The notes: generated by a model from the sequence alone, not told the origin. A stretch of DNA of 62,699 bases, filler included, from Bonamia ostreae (GCA_040357525.1; 23 parts of 23 records of this genome joined end to end with filler, not necessarily neighbours in it), one strand, 5' to 3'; numbered from the whole stretch's first letter, positions 47,785-60,087 are shown. Program-made: numbers and translations.

Positions 47785-48870
47785 ATGCTCCGGTTTTCAG
47801 GATTCTTAAGAAACTGCTCTGTCCTCAATTTCTATACTCAATCCAAAAACAGAATAACAAATTTGAATATATCTGCATTTTGCACAAGCGCAACGAAAGT
47901 CCTTAACTCGCAATCACACGAAAAAAGCACCGAATATATATTAAAATGGATATCCGAAAACGGCGGTATGTTTTTAGACCGAATCGGTTTAATGCCAAAC
48001 GGCATTTTCGCCGCAACTAAAATTAGAGCGGGCTCGAATGTTTTCGCCGTCCCTTCCGAACTCGCTTTTATAAGAGAAAACTTAACGGGCGAGTTCAAAT
48101 CAAAATTAAATTGTGAACTGGCGCGACATTTGCCATGGCCAAACGAGTCTCGAAGACATGAAATTTATCCTTTCTTTTGTTATCCGGAAGCAAAAGAGGA
48201 ATTCTACGAAAAACGGCTAATCAGAATTAGAGAACGGGCCATTGTCGCTTTGGTCTTTACCATTTTAGCATACAATTAACTTATCTTTTAACGGGCCATT
48301 GTCGCTTTGGTCTTTACCATTTTAGCATACAATTAACTTATCTTTTAACGGGCCATTGTTGCTTTGGTCTTTTTAAGCGTTAAATCATCTTTTTCTGTTT
48401 TTAGTTGTTCTTAAAGATAATTTAAGTGTTTGATGTACGAAAATTCCATCGGACCCAAAAGCGATTGGGCGCCATGGCTATCCTTGTTACCTCTTCCGCC
48501 GAGTCAAACTGCCGAACCAACTTTTATAGGAGGACCGACTCTTCCATATCATTATTTGGAAGTATTGAAAGGCACTCAAGCCTTCAGACAAATCATAAAC
48601 ATGAAAGTCATTTACATTTCTAATTAATCTTAAAATAGCTAAAATGCGAAAGTAATGTCAAAATCTGAAAAAATATAGATTGATTTTGACGGAGTTTGGA
48701 TTTGGGTCAACAACATTTTGAAAAAATTGCCTGCGAAAATAACTTCAAAGCGGTTTAAAAGAGAAGACTTTGACCATTTTATGATGATCGCAGGACAACA
48801 ATATTTTATGAATCCGCCGCTAATCGACTTTGCCCAACATGCAATGACCAATAAAATGTGCAATGTTGCA
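47785..48870 (+). CDS. SET-domain (Rubisco-LSMT/SETD3-4-like) lysine methyltransferase, partial
   Basis: LKWISENGG..GIFAATKIRAGSNVFAVP; LMYE..KSDWAPWLSLLP; PLIDFAQH. Presequence-like N-terminus. Confidence 0.7.
48234..48373. repeat. 57-bp tandem repeat (about 2.4 copies) spanning an exon/intron boundary
   Basis: acgggccattgtcgctttggtcttt.. starts at 48234, 48291 and 48348. Confidence 0.92.
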
Positions 48871-49225
48871 AAAATCATTTTTAACGTTTTTTAATTAAGA
48901 TATATTTCTTGATATTTTTTTTACTTTCTGATAACTAATAGGTAATTATTTTGTTAATTTTTTTTTTCATTGATTTATTTATTTTTTTGATAAGTAGTGT
49001 GTTTTATTTGAGTTTTATTCTTAATTTTAGTGTATGTGCTGTTTGTTTTGTTTGTGAATAAATTATAATTGGATTTTTTTTTTTTTTTTTTTATTTTAAT
49101 AGTGCGAGTATTTTTATGTCATCTTNNNNNNNNNNNNNNNNNNNNNNNNNNNNNNNNNNNNNNNNNNNNTTAATTAATTAANNNNNNNNNNNNNNNNNNN
49201 NNNNNNNNNNNNNNNNNNNNNNNNN

Positions 49226-50288
49226 TTTATCTAAAAATAAAAATTTCGTAAAAGTTTGCAAAACTATCGATAATCCGTTTTTGTTGCAAGGATACAAGAC
49301 GGGCGTATAAACGAAGGCGCGATATGTCGGAGGAAAGACTTTTTTGACTTCATTTTGTTTAATTCTTATCAACGAATCTCCATTTTTGTCCATTGGCACT
49401 CTTTTCACTCCGATTATCAAAGCGATTGTTTTAATGTTGTTTGTATATTTAAAACAATTAAAATTTAATTTGTCGATAATATTTCGGGTCATTAAAAGGT
49501 TTAGCCAAGTTAATTTTTTATTTGATCAAAAATTATTAAACTCGCTTTAACTTGATTTTTTTAATATTCCGTTTTGTTTAAATTTTAAATTAACTGAAAT
49601 TAACAAAAAATAAAAAATCGAGTAAAATTAACTGAAATTAACAAATCTTAACAAAAAAAAACATTCAAAAATTTTTAAAATAAATTAAAAAAATGGTAAT
49701 TAGGAACATAACAATGGCTACCATTTATAATTTTCATAAATATCTCTTAGTTTCTTAACATTTGTTCTCGATATCTTTTTATTTCGTTTTTCGACGATTT
49801 CTTCAGACAACTCCTTTTTAAGTTTTTCTATTGCTATCTGTAACAATGGCTTTACTGTGAAGATTGTTGATAAATCAATAATATTTGAATTTCTAAGCGC
49901 TTTTAATCTCGATTCCGATTCATTTTTGTCGATTTTTTGGTCATTTTTGTCGATTTTTTGGTCATCTTTGTTAATTTTTTGGTCATTTTTGCTAAATTTT
50001 TGGTCATCTTTGTCGATTTTTTGATCATTTTTGTCGGTTTTTTGGTCATCTTTGTCGATTTTTTGGTCATTTTTGTTAAATTTTTGGTCATTTTTGTCGA
50101 TTTTTCGTTCATTTACATTTATTTTATCCCTTTTAGATTTATCTTGATCTTGCTCGTCAATGTCGCTACTAATATCATTTTCTAGTTCTTTTATAATTTT
50201 GTCAATTTCTTCAATGCGTTCTGCATTCGAATCTAATTTTATTAAATTTGAAACTTTCAAATGTTTTTGTATTAAAAGTTGCCGCCAT
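49226..50288 (-). CDS. Hypothetical protein with coding 21-nt repeats (QKIDKND-type, about 49915-50105)
   Basis: ATG 50288, micro-intron, 180-aa exon with about 9 heptapeptide repeats; downstream exons run to the contig end. Confidence 0.55.
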
Positions 50289-50580
50289 TTGGTTTATTGA
50301 CTAATAACCTTTAGGATTTCCGATTTTTAAATTTGATTGGAAAGTTGGAAGTAATCACTCATTTTTAATTTTACGAAAATTATTTTAAAAAGACTCAACT
50401 TCCGTCACTTCAAAGAAATTAAATTAAACTTCCAAATATCTCAAATTTACAAAATTATTTAAAATTTTATTCGACGACATTACAAAAAAAAAGACTATTG
50501 AAAAAACAAAAAAAAGACCAATTCTTTTTCTTACAAAAATAAAAATTCTATTTAAACGTAAATTTGTTCAAACGACCAAT

Positions 50581-50652
50581 GCTCCCGTAGCTTAGAGGTA
50601 GAGCGTCCCACTCGTAATGGGGAGGTCGTGGGTTCAATTCCCGCCGGGAGCT
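50581..50652 (+). tRNA. tRNA-Thr(CGT)
   Basis: GCTCCCG/CGGGAGC acceptor stem, TCCCA-CTCGTAA-TGGGG anticodon arm, GGTTCAATTCC, downstream T-run. Confidence 0.95.
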
Positions 50653-50744
50653 TATTTGCCATTTTTTTAATAAAAATTATATGACATTCCATTATCACCA
50701 AACATTTTAACAAAAATTAATAATTTTTTTCGAGTGCGCATTTA

Positions 50745-51843
50745 ATGACAACTTACTGGATATCGAACCCTCGTCAATACTGCAGAGACTGCAAAACGTA
50801 CATTGATTCCAAACCTGAAAACGTCAGAAAACACGAAGCCGGCGCAAAACATCAGAAAGCAATGAAAAAAAGGCGAAACATGCTTCGAGACCAAAATTAT
50901 GAACGTTCCGCTACAAAACATGGCTTTGAAAAACAAATGGAACTGGTCGAAAAAGCTGCTCGCGATTCATATAAAAAGGATTCGTCTTATTTTTCTATGT
51001 TTGATGACCAGTCGCGTTTCGAACAACAGGACAGATTTCTAGAAATGGCCAATTTTTCAAAATGTTTTTTTGCCAAATTTCGTTTTTTGAAAAATTAGTT
51101 CCGCCGATTCCCAAAAACGAAGACAATTTTCAAAAATTTTCGAAGGGATTTAAACCTCCTCCGGGGATGTCTTCTGCGACAACACCGACTTGGCTCTACA
51201 AAGACGAAGAGGGACGCGTTCAGGGGCCTTGGAAACTGTCAGAAATGATTTTATGGAACGCGTCTGGATTCTTCGACAAAGAAATGGAAGTTCGAAACAT
51301 TTCTAAAAGAGAAATGGGATGGCTTCCAATTAATTGTTGGGCGGAAATCGTCGGAGAAGAAAATGTACAACAAATCCCTAAACAAAATGTCGGAACAAAC
51401 TCGAAACACAAAAATTTTCCAAATGGCGACGACACTAAAATTTCCGACAAAAATGACAGCTTTAAAAACACGGAAAATGTAAACGAGTCAACGGGAATGG
51501 GCGAATGGACGCCAGTTCCAAGTACTCTAAAACCGGAAAATTCCGACAATAAAACTAAAATGGCAAATTCAAAAAGCGAAAAATCAAAAGTTAAAAAAAT
51601 GGATATTCTGAAAAATGATCCGAAGAGCGAAATGTCTCCAAAAATTTTGGAAAATAATGAAAAGAACAAAATGTTGAATTTTGTTAGAAAATCGCGTCGT
51701 TTTGAAGAGCGAATCGAAGATAGCGATGAAGATTTAAAAGTTTTAGAAAACGATTCTGTTGCGTCGAAAATGGACCGAAACGATGTGTCTTCCGAAAAAA
51801 CGCAGAAAACACAAAAACTTAAAGTTCGACGTAAAAAGCGAAA
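50745..51843 (+). CDS. WBP4/FBP21-like U1-type zinc-finger protein with a GYF domain
   Basis: MTTYWISNPRQYCRDCKTYI..HEAGAKH; WLYKDEEGRVQGPW..MILWNASGFF; GMGEWTPV. Intron 51064-51098. Confidence 0.8.
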
Positions 51844-51986
51844 NNNNNNNNNNNNNNNNNNNNNNNNNNNNNNNNNNNNNNNNNNNNTTAATTAATTAAN
51901 NNNNNNNNNNNNNNNNNNNNNNNNNNNNNNNNNNNNNNNNNNNAAATGTTTTTTGTTGTTGCAAAATTTGTTTTCTAATTATTAAG

Positions 51987-52160
51987 ATGAAAAGCGGTTT
52001 GTTCTGTGAACATTCACCGACACTCTACAATATAAGCGGAGTGCCGACATGGAGCAAAATCCACGATGGATTGGTGCGGATGTTCTATGATGAAGTTTTG
52101 GAAAAATTTACTGTGGCCCAACATTTTTTATTCGGAACAATTATCGATTTTGAAAATTAA
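51987..52160 (+). CDS. PTPA: PP2A activator, last exon
   Basis: KSGLFCEHSPTLYNISGVPTWSKIHDGLVRMFYDEVLEKFTVAQHFLFG. Confidence 0.9.
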   Translation: MKSGLFCEHSPTLYNISGVPTWSKIHDGLVRMFYDEVLEKFTVAQHFLFGTIIDFEN

Positions 52161-52196
52161 TTTAATGATAATCTTCATCATTACTAAAGACCTTTA

Positions 52197-53084
52197 TCAT
52201 TTTCCCTTTATTGTAACATTATTATTTTTACCTTTAAATTCAATTATTTTCAAATCAACAATGATAGATTTCATTATATCAAAATGCGGATCATAACAAG
52301 ATCGTTTGTCGCTCTCAAAAAGAAGTTTGTTTTCCGCTGTCTCGAGCAAACCATTAATTCCCCCCAACATCACAGACGAGTTGTGCCAACCATGACCGCT
52401 ATTTGTTGAAAAACAAAACTATAAAAGTGCACAAAAAAATTCAGAATATTGTCCGTCGCCACAAACAACCGTAAAATTAAGATTTCGGTCGCTGAAAATT
52501 GTTGGGAGCAAATTTTCGACCGATTTAAAATTTCCCCAAACGTTGCTGTGTTCTAAAAATTCAAACTTTGACTTTTCAATTTCGAAAACTCGATCATTTT
52601 TTTCTAGTTTTGCAAGCTTTCTTTCCCATCTAATTTTAAAATTTTTGTTAAACGGCTCACGAATATCGATAATGAACGTTTTTTCGTCATTAAGAAGACG
52701 TTCGACTTCGATCGGTAAATATCTTGTGTAATCGGGATTAACTGGATATCCGGGAATCAAATCCATTATTTGCTTTTTTGTGAAAACCTAAAATTTTTTA
52801 GAAAATTTTTAGAAATTTTTAGAAAAATTTTGTTGAATTTTGTGGTGGACTTAAAAAACAATCGAATCCAAATCTTTTTGGATGTTCAATTTTTCGATCG
52901 GTTTAAACGATTTCCAGCGGAATCGATCTCTTTCTAACGGCTCCATCGGCAAAAGATGGTTATATTTTTCGCTGTTAAAAAAATGGTCGACAAATCCTTC
53001 TTTCACGGAAGAAATATTTAATTGCATCATTGGATAAATAGCGTTCTTTGCTTTACAAAAAAATCTTTTCTGTGTACGCTGCAT
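52197..53084 (-). CDS. Rhodanese-domain protein
   Basis: FIIDIREP..VVCGDGQYS..LL|YGHGWHNSSVMLGGING; intron 52399-52419. Confidence 0.65.
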
Positions 53085-53287
53085 TTTATGGCTAAATATC
53101 GACTAAATATTTTTATTATTAATTAATGTTTTTTAAGTCAAAATTTTTAATTTGTAAAAATCATTGTCAGAACATTAAACAGCAAAACATCAATTAGACA
53201 TTTTGAATATAACAGTTTGCTAAACATTTTTAAACTATATCGATTTTTCCTAAAAACATTCTTTTTAGTTTTAAAGCCTTTTCTCGA

Positions 53288-54001
53288 ATGTCCGAAATTA
53301 AAGCTAATGACACCAAAATTGAAACAAAACAAAAAACTGCTAAAAACGACGAAAATTGTGAAGAAAGAAATTCAGTCGCAAACGCAAAAAATATAAAAGA
53401 TAACGACGTAAAAAATGATGAAAACTTGTCTAATGTCCAAACGACCAATCCGCCTTTTATACCTATTCCTCCTCCTGGACTAGTCCCATTGACAAATATC
53501 GCTAATTCCGCAAATCCAAATATCGCTAATGTGCCCAATCAGACCGGCAACCAATATGCTCAAGCGCCATTATCGTCCTTCCAATTTACAAATGTTTTCG
53601 AAAATTGATTTTAGGTCAATGGAATGCCAGCCAATTTGCCCGGCGGATACAATTTTCCCACCGGGATGAACATTCCTTTCATCCCGATCAACCCCCCGGA
53701 AATAGATCCGCCCGAAAAATATGAACAGTTTGTGCCGGTCGATTCGGATACAAGACCAACATACGTCGTTGACGAGATGAATTCGGGCCCAAAGGTTTAC
53801 ATCGACCAATAAAAGGATCACGCGGGACAGCACATGTTCAAGTTCTTCGATATGTACGGATACCAAAAAACGCGCGAATGGGAAGACCTCAAAAAGCAGA
53901 AACAAAAACCACAAAAAGTCACAAAAAAGCAAATTCAAATATTCAAGAAAAAGAAAAAACAACGCCAATTGCGATCTCTTATTGAAAGGTTGAACAAATA
54001 G
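53288..54001 (+). CDS. Hypothetical Pro/Asn-rich protein with basic C-terminus, 3 exons
   Basis: 21-nt introns 53594-53614 and 53795-53815 give a continuous frame ending DHAGQHMFKFFD..KKRKKQRQLRSLIERLNK. Confidence 0.65.
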
Positions 54002-54039
54002 TTTTTAGGAATATTGTACATTTTTTGGTATTTTATTCG

Positions 54040-54407
54040 CTAAAATTTAATATTCCACAATTCCATATCAATGTCACTTATAAAATTGAGAATGCGCGGA
54101 TCCTTTTTTACTTCTTCGATAATTTGGCTGAAGCCACCAATCAACAAATGTCTGTTTTTTAGAGTTAGTGAATAGTTAAAATGTAATTTAAAGAAATAGG
54201 AAACATTTTGCATTTAAAATCGCCAGATTTATTTAACTCGGAAACAAGTTTAATGGCGCTTTCATTTCCTCTGACTTTAGAATACATGCAGTGCAAGACG
54301 ATGTCAACTTCTTTGTCTCTGTATTCGTCAACTAACTTTGGGATTTTGGCATCAAATTTATTGTATTCGATGTGAATACTGTTTCTGATATGGCCTCCTT
54401 CGTAATC
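54040..54407 (-). CDS. Cdc25-like/Acr2-Ibp1 rhodanese phosphatase, 5'-partial
   Basis: DYEGGHIRNS, VLHCMYSKVRG (HCX5R), LIGGF. Confidence 0.8.
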
Positions 54408-54704
54408 CTGATTTTAAATAAACTGAAATTTGGCAAAAACGCTTAATAAAAATATTCTTAACAAAAAATAACAATAATTTTTAACAATTTTACCAAAATT
54501 TTATCAAAAAATAACAAAAACAATTTTACGAAAATTTTAACAAAAAATAACAATAATTTTNNNNNNNNNNNNNNNNNNNNNNNNNNNNNNNNNNNNNNNN
54601 NNNNTTAATTAATTAANNNNNNNNNNNNNNNNNNNNNNNNNNNNNNNNNNNNNNNNNNNNTTAAAAACAATTTAAAAATATTAAAAAAATGACAAAAAAT
54701 TAAG

Positions 54705-55293
54705 AACAAAAGAAACGTATATTTTAACAAAATAAAAAATGACTGGACAGACAGCAAATTTTTTTCAGGGAAAAACCGCCTGATTCAATTCGCTCTAGGG
54801 AAAACAACCAAAAGAGAAAAAAGAAAGAATTTACACAAATTTGGAAAAGTTTCAAATTTAAGATTTAGACAATTAAAAACGAATGCGTTTTGTTGATGAC
54901 AAATAAATCTGTCGAAGAAGTCAAAAAATATTTCAATTTTGTCCGAGACGCCGAATATGCAAAATCTGGCACTATCTCGACTAAAGTCTTCAAAAATTTT
55001 AAAATTTTAAGACAGTGGAATTGAAATCTGGATTATTAGAAAATATGCCATTTTCGATGGAAACAAGATTGAAAGAGCTAAAACTTCCGATAAAACTTGA
55101 TAACAGACAAATTTTTCTATTAGGCGATGTCACTGTTTGTTCAAAAGGCGAAATGTTGACGTCAAATCAATGCGCCGTATTGGTAAATTTTGGTAGATAA
55201 TTTTGACAGAAAGCTTTTGATTTTAAAATTTCGGCGTTTTCTTGTAAAGTTTACAGTTATTGGGACAACGAAAAATTTTATTTGGAACAATAA
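54705..55293 (+). CDS. MRT4: Ribosome assembly factor Mrt4, 5'-partial
   Basis: DSKFFSGKNRLIQFALG, PFSMETRLKELKLP, VCSKGEMLTSNQCAVL. Introns 54849-54868, 54986-55011, 55183-55209. Confidence 0.88.
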
Positions 55294-55931
55294 ATTGAAT
55301 AAAATTTGATCATTTAATGGATTTTTAGCAAATTGTCAATTTTCCCAAAAATAAACAATTCCGAAATTTGGTCCACAAACTTTATAAAATTTGATCAAAC
55401 CAATTTTATTTTTCCAATTTCGTCCTCGAATCTAAATTTTCGCAATAAGATAATTAGCATCGACAATTTTTGACAATAATTTAATCTTTTTTTAATTTAT
55501 TTAAAATTTTCAAAAAAAGTAAGAAAAATTAATTTGAAAAAATGGGAAAATATTCAAAAATAAAAACGGAAAAATCAAAATTTTCTTAAACGATTCAACG
55601 ATGTTTGTCTGGTAAAACGAATTGACAACAGAAAAAATATAATTATCTAATTTTTTATAAGCTTTAATTGATTTTGCAAAGTCTGAATAAAATTTTTGAT
55701 AAATGATGATTAGTTTATAAGAAAATTGTTTTAGGCAGCCGCAAAACTGATTTATATTGATATTTTTATAATTTATCTTTTTGAGAAAAAAATCGTAATG
55801 GATTTCGTAAAGTTTGTTGATGTTCTTAAAGATTGATTTGATTTGATTTTGTTTATTTTTCTTTTTAATTAATTTTCTGTAATTATAAAATTAATATAAA
55901 TATTTAATACATATTTTGCGATAAATTACAA

Positions 55932-56003
55932 TCCCCTATGGTGTAATGGTTAACATGTTCGGCTCTCACTCGGATGACCCGGGTTCGATCCCCGGTAGGG
56001 GAA
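55932..56003 (+). tRNA. tRNA-Glu(CTC)
   Basis: TCCCCTA/TAGGGGA acceptor stem, TTCGG-CTCTCAC-TCGGA anticodon arm, GGTTCGATCCC. Confidence 0.95.
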
Positions 56004-56474
56004 TTTTTAAATAAATTTTTTCAAAATTTTAAAAATCTGAATTTAAACAAATTCGTCTAAAACTGCAGAACGGGTTTGCAATAAAGGATAAAGTGTAAAC
56101 TCCAAATAAGATTTCTCTTCTAAAATTAATTCTCTCACAATGCTTTTTATTCTTTCCGCGTAAAATTTTTTATCCTTTTTATCCATTTATTGAATTTTTA
56201 TTTAAACCGATTTGAGATTAAATTATAAAAATACATTTGTTGACAATCTTGGATTCTATTTTGGCCAACATTCAAATAAAAATATAAACTATTTTTAATT
56301 ACAAATACAAAAAAATTAAAAGCAAACGAAAAATTGAAATAAAAAAGTATATTTTAGAAAGAAAAGAGCCAACGAATATTTTAAAAATTCAGAAAATAAA
56401 AATGTGAAAGTTCCAAGAGAAGATTTAAAAATATTTATTAAATTAAAAATTATTATTGTGCAACAACAACAGAA

Positions 56475-56978
56475 ATGAAAGATTATTACAACAACTGCGA
56501 AAATGAAAAGCAACGGTATTGTACCGTTCGCATCCCACTTCCCCCGTCCGGCAAACCCGGATGCCCCGGATGCCCCGGCTCTCCGGGAACACCTGGTTGT
56601 CCCGGCAAAAGCATATGTGGCCCTTGTGGTCCAAGAGGTCCTTGTGGTCTCTGTGGAAAGCCAGGAATGCCAGGACGTTGTGGTCCCTGTGGGCCACGAG
56701 GACTGATGGGCCCGAAAGGGTCAATGGGATGCCCAGGTGAACCAGGCAGACCAGGAATGTCTGGACGACCGGGTGCTCCAGGACCATGCGGACCACCTGG
56801 ACCAGCTGGCGCGCCAGGGATCCCGGGAAGTTCAGGTTCGTCGAGAATGAGGGATAGATATGATGATTTCGAATACGGCGGAGACTACGATTACGGAATG
56901 GACTATGACTACGGAAAGAAACATCATGGTTATGGAAAGCATTATTATGATGATTATAGTGATTGTGACAAGTATTAA
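56475..56978 (+). CDS. Short Cys-rich collagen-like protein with Tyr/Asp/Gly-rich tail
   Basis: About 32 Gly-X-Y triplets (7, one interruption, then 25), followed by [20 protein letters not shown]. Confidence 0.85.
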   Translation: MKDYYNNCENEKQRYCTVRIPLPPSGKPGCPGCPGSPGTPGCPGKSICGPCGPRGPCGLCGKPGMPGRCGPCGPRGLMGPKGSMGCPGEPGRPGMSGRPGAPGPCGPPGPAGAPGIPGSSGSSRMRDRYDDFEYGGDYDYGMDYDYGKKHHGYGKHYYDDYSDCDKY

Positions 56979-57375
56979 AGATATATCATGCTTAATAAAT
57001 AATTTCTTATTTTCCAATTCTTTTAAACTTTTTTTGACGAGTTCGCGTGAAAAGTCGATTTTTTTTTCATTTTAATTAAATTTATTTCAAAAGTTATTAA
57101 CAATTTTTTTTAATTTTTCAAAAGGATCAATTTTTTAATTAATTTATCAATTTATTTCAAATGTAACAGTTTTAATAAATTTGTTTTGGAAACGAAAAAA
57201 TTCATTTTTAAAAATATTTTGTCAAAAAATGGAGATTCATTTTTTGTGTGTTTGCACATGTTTTGTGTGTTTGCANNNNNNNNNNNNNNNNNNNNNNNNN
57301 NNNNNNNNNNNNNNNNNNNTTAATTAATTAANNNNNNNNNNNNNNNNNNNNNNNNNNNNNNNNNNNNNNNNNNNN

Positions 57376-57893
57376 GAACAAAAATCGCAAAATATTAAGA
57401 TAACAAAAATAGAATAAAAACAGTTCTTGCTCTCTTGAATAAAACCCCCCAAGTTTCCTTTCTTCCTCAAACAGCGCACACGACTCGGCCCAATCGAATT
57501 CCGTTTTTTGAACCGCTCCAACCAGCCATTCGACGCTTTGAAATTCCCCAACCCCAACCGCCGAGCCACCGCCAACCCCACCATTTTCAACTTGGTCTCG
57601 CTTAACACGTGCCGAGCCGCTGCCAGCCGACGATACACTTGCAGCGATATCGCGTTCAGCTCGGAGTACTGTTCGCGGGTCACAGTCGCGGCCGGGCGCG
57701 AAGGCACCCCGCCGCGGCCGACATAGAATTCGGACCGGTCCAGCAGCTCCAGGAAAGGGACGAGGTCGCGAGCTGCGCGCCGGACGTAGGGCAGCCCGAC
57801 GCTGAAAGAAGTCGCGACCTCTTCGAAGGGGGCGCCAGAGCGAACCATGCAAGCCAAATGGAAGCGTCTCTGCATCGACAACCGCTTTCTCAT
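57376..57893 (-). CDS. CENP-B/pogo-type double-HTH DNA-binding protein, 3'-partial
   Basis: RKRLSM..EVATSFSVG..; FKASNGWLERFKKR. Confidence 0.8.
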
Positions 57894-57986
57894 TAGGTTT
57901 AGCTGGAATTGTTCGAGATTAGAGAGTGGTGATAGAAATGGCCGCGATTTGAGGTTTTCTGGCGATTTAAATTGGAAAATAATAAT

Positions 57987-59987
57987 TTACTTTTTGCGTT
58001 TCTTCTTTTTGGCCGATTTGGTTTCGCAACAACTCTCTTAAAATTAAAACTGAACCGTCAGACGAGTGCCCCCTGTTGACGGTCATGCAATCCCCCTCTC
58101 GCGGCACTCCGACCCACTCGCCGGCCTCGATTCCTGCCAACCTATCTTCTCGGCAAAGTTCTCTGGTCGGACTCGCCACGCAAATCGCGTCTTGGAAGCA
58201 TTGCCCGCTGCACGAAAACTCCCCGCATTCGCACTCGTATGTCACAATGGTTCCTTCCGTCGCGCGGTTGCTGTAATTTTTCCGCGTCCCGGGCACCGAT
58301 GGCGGCGGTCTGCAGATCACTATCGGCTCTCCTTTTCGTTAGCAGATGCAATATTAAATTCGTTAAACAATTATTAAATTCTTTGAAACAACTGCATCAT
58401 TTATTGTTGTAACCATGATAAAAAATGTAAATATGGCCAATACAAAAATTCGGTTGCTGCAAAAACTCGGTGGCAAAACATACAACTCCACTCTCTCCAC
58501 GCCCCGCGCAGGAAGAAAGCCTGGCACCCCGCCGTTAAAGTCGCAAAACGCTCCGACTGCGTAGTAACTCTGCGCTCGAGAACAGCTCCCATCCATCAGA
58601 GCTGTCCGCCCGTTGAACTTCAGTCCTTCCCATCCGAGTTTGTCGTCTTCAATGACGAGTGGCTTGTAGCAACAGACGCAAGTCTCTTCTACCGCGGGAT
58701 TGTTATTCTGCATCCAAATGTTGGTCACGTTGTGGCATGGGTAGTGCAGTCGAAACGTGAACATGGAGTTGTTCGCTCTATACCGTTCCAAATCTGACAA
58801 AATCGCATAGTTTTCGGCGCAACAATCATCTGGGTTCACCGTCAGTTCGTATGGGCGGAAATAGTAACCAGCGGATTGCCTAGCTACCAGTTTCCACTCT
58901 TAAAGTTATGTAACAATCAACAATTTTCACGCATATCAACAATAAACAGTTTTTTGCAAAAAGAACATTTTTGTTCTGTAATTGTGACAGAACAAATATC
59001 AAAATTTGAAAAACTTGGTCCTATTCCCTTCGGGGGCCAACATTCATCATCATCGATCTTAAAATTGTTACAAGATAGTTTGTACCGATCCGATTCTCTG
59101 CGTTGGTACCGTAAGCCTGGCGTCGTGAGAAGTCTGTTGAAGGCGTCGTCAACTTCCCAAGGACACGGTCTACATGTTGCAACTGGTGAGAGGGGGTTGT
59201 CTGAATCGCTATCAAAATCGGGAGGAAATGTTTGTCCCGCGAAGGTTTGCCCTGGTAATCTTGTCGGGACTCCCGCTTTTTTATTATTGTTACAACAAAG
59301 GTGATGTCGCTTTATCATCAATTTTCACAGAAGAAAATTTGTGACTATGTACTTAATAAAAAACTGGTGCAAAACAGCGAAACAACATTATCTGTGATAC
59401 CACTCAAATTCGCAAAATTGTCAACGATAAAAACATTGGGACCGGCGATTTGTCTTAATTGCTCCTCGTCAATTTCGCAGCCAATTCCGACTGCAATCCT
59501 TGTAAATCCGGCGCGATTGGATTGGCGCACTGCTTCGGCAATGTTACTGCAGTCTGAAGACTGGCCATCTGTGATAACTAACAAAATTCGTGGAAAGAGA
59601 TTGCGATTTCTGAGACCGTCCACCCGAGTACTATAATTTATGCAAAGGTCTATTCTCGTTGTTCCAGCTCCTTTTTCGTTTACAAATTAAATTTTAACAA
59701 ATAGTCGCATTTTAAATCTTCTGAAATGTACATATTCAAAAATCGTTACCTTGAACATGATTATTAACAGCATCGACTTCATTGGACACAGTGGAATATG
59801 TATTAAGAGCAAAAATCTCATCGACCAGATTGTCAAACGCAAGAACAGAGACTTGATTTTCGTTGGGGCCTTGATCCGGAAACAAACGAATGATATCGGT
59901 TACAAAATTCTGAAGTTGAACATAATCGTCAGGAAGAATGCTTTCCGATTGGTCCATACAAATCACCAAATCGATGTTGCAAGTCCC
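57987..59987 (-). CDS. Modular extracellular protein: VWA + fibrinogen-like + sushi-like; 5'-partial
   Basis: MIDAS DQSES and VITDG; WKLVARQ..YAILSDLERYR..GGVPG..VELYV; CRPPPSVPG..GTIVTYEC. Phase-1 GTTT..AAG introns join the ORFs. Confidence 0.7.
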
Positions 59988-60087
59988 NNNNNNNNNNNNN
60001 NNNNNNNNNNNNNNNNNNNNNNNNNNNNNNNTTAATTAATTAANNNNNNNNNNNNNNNNNNNNNNNNNNNNNNNNNNNNNNNNNNNN

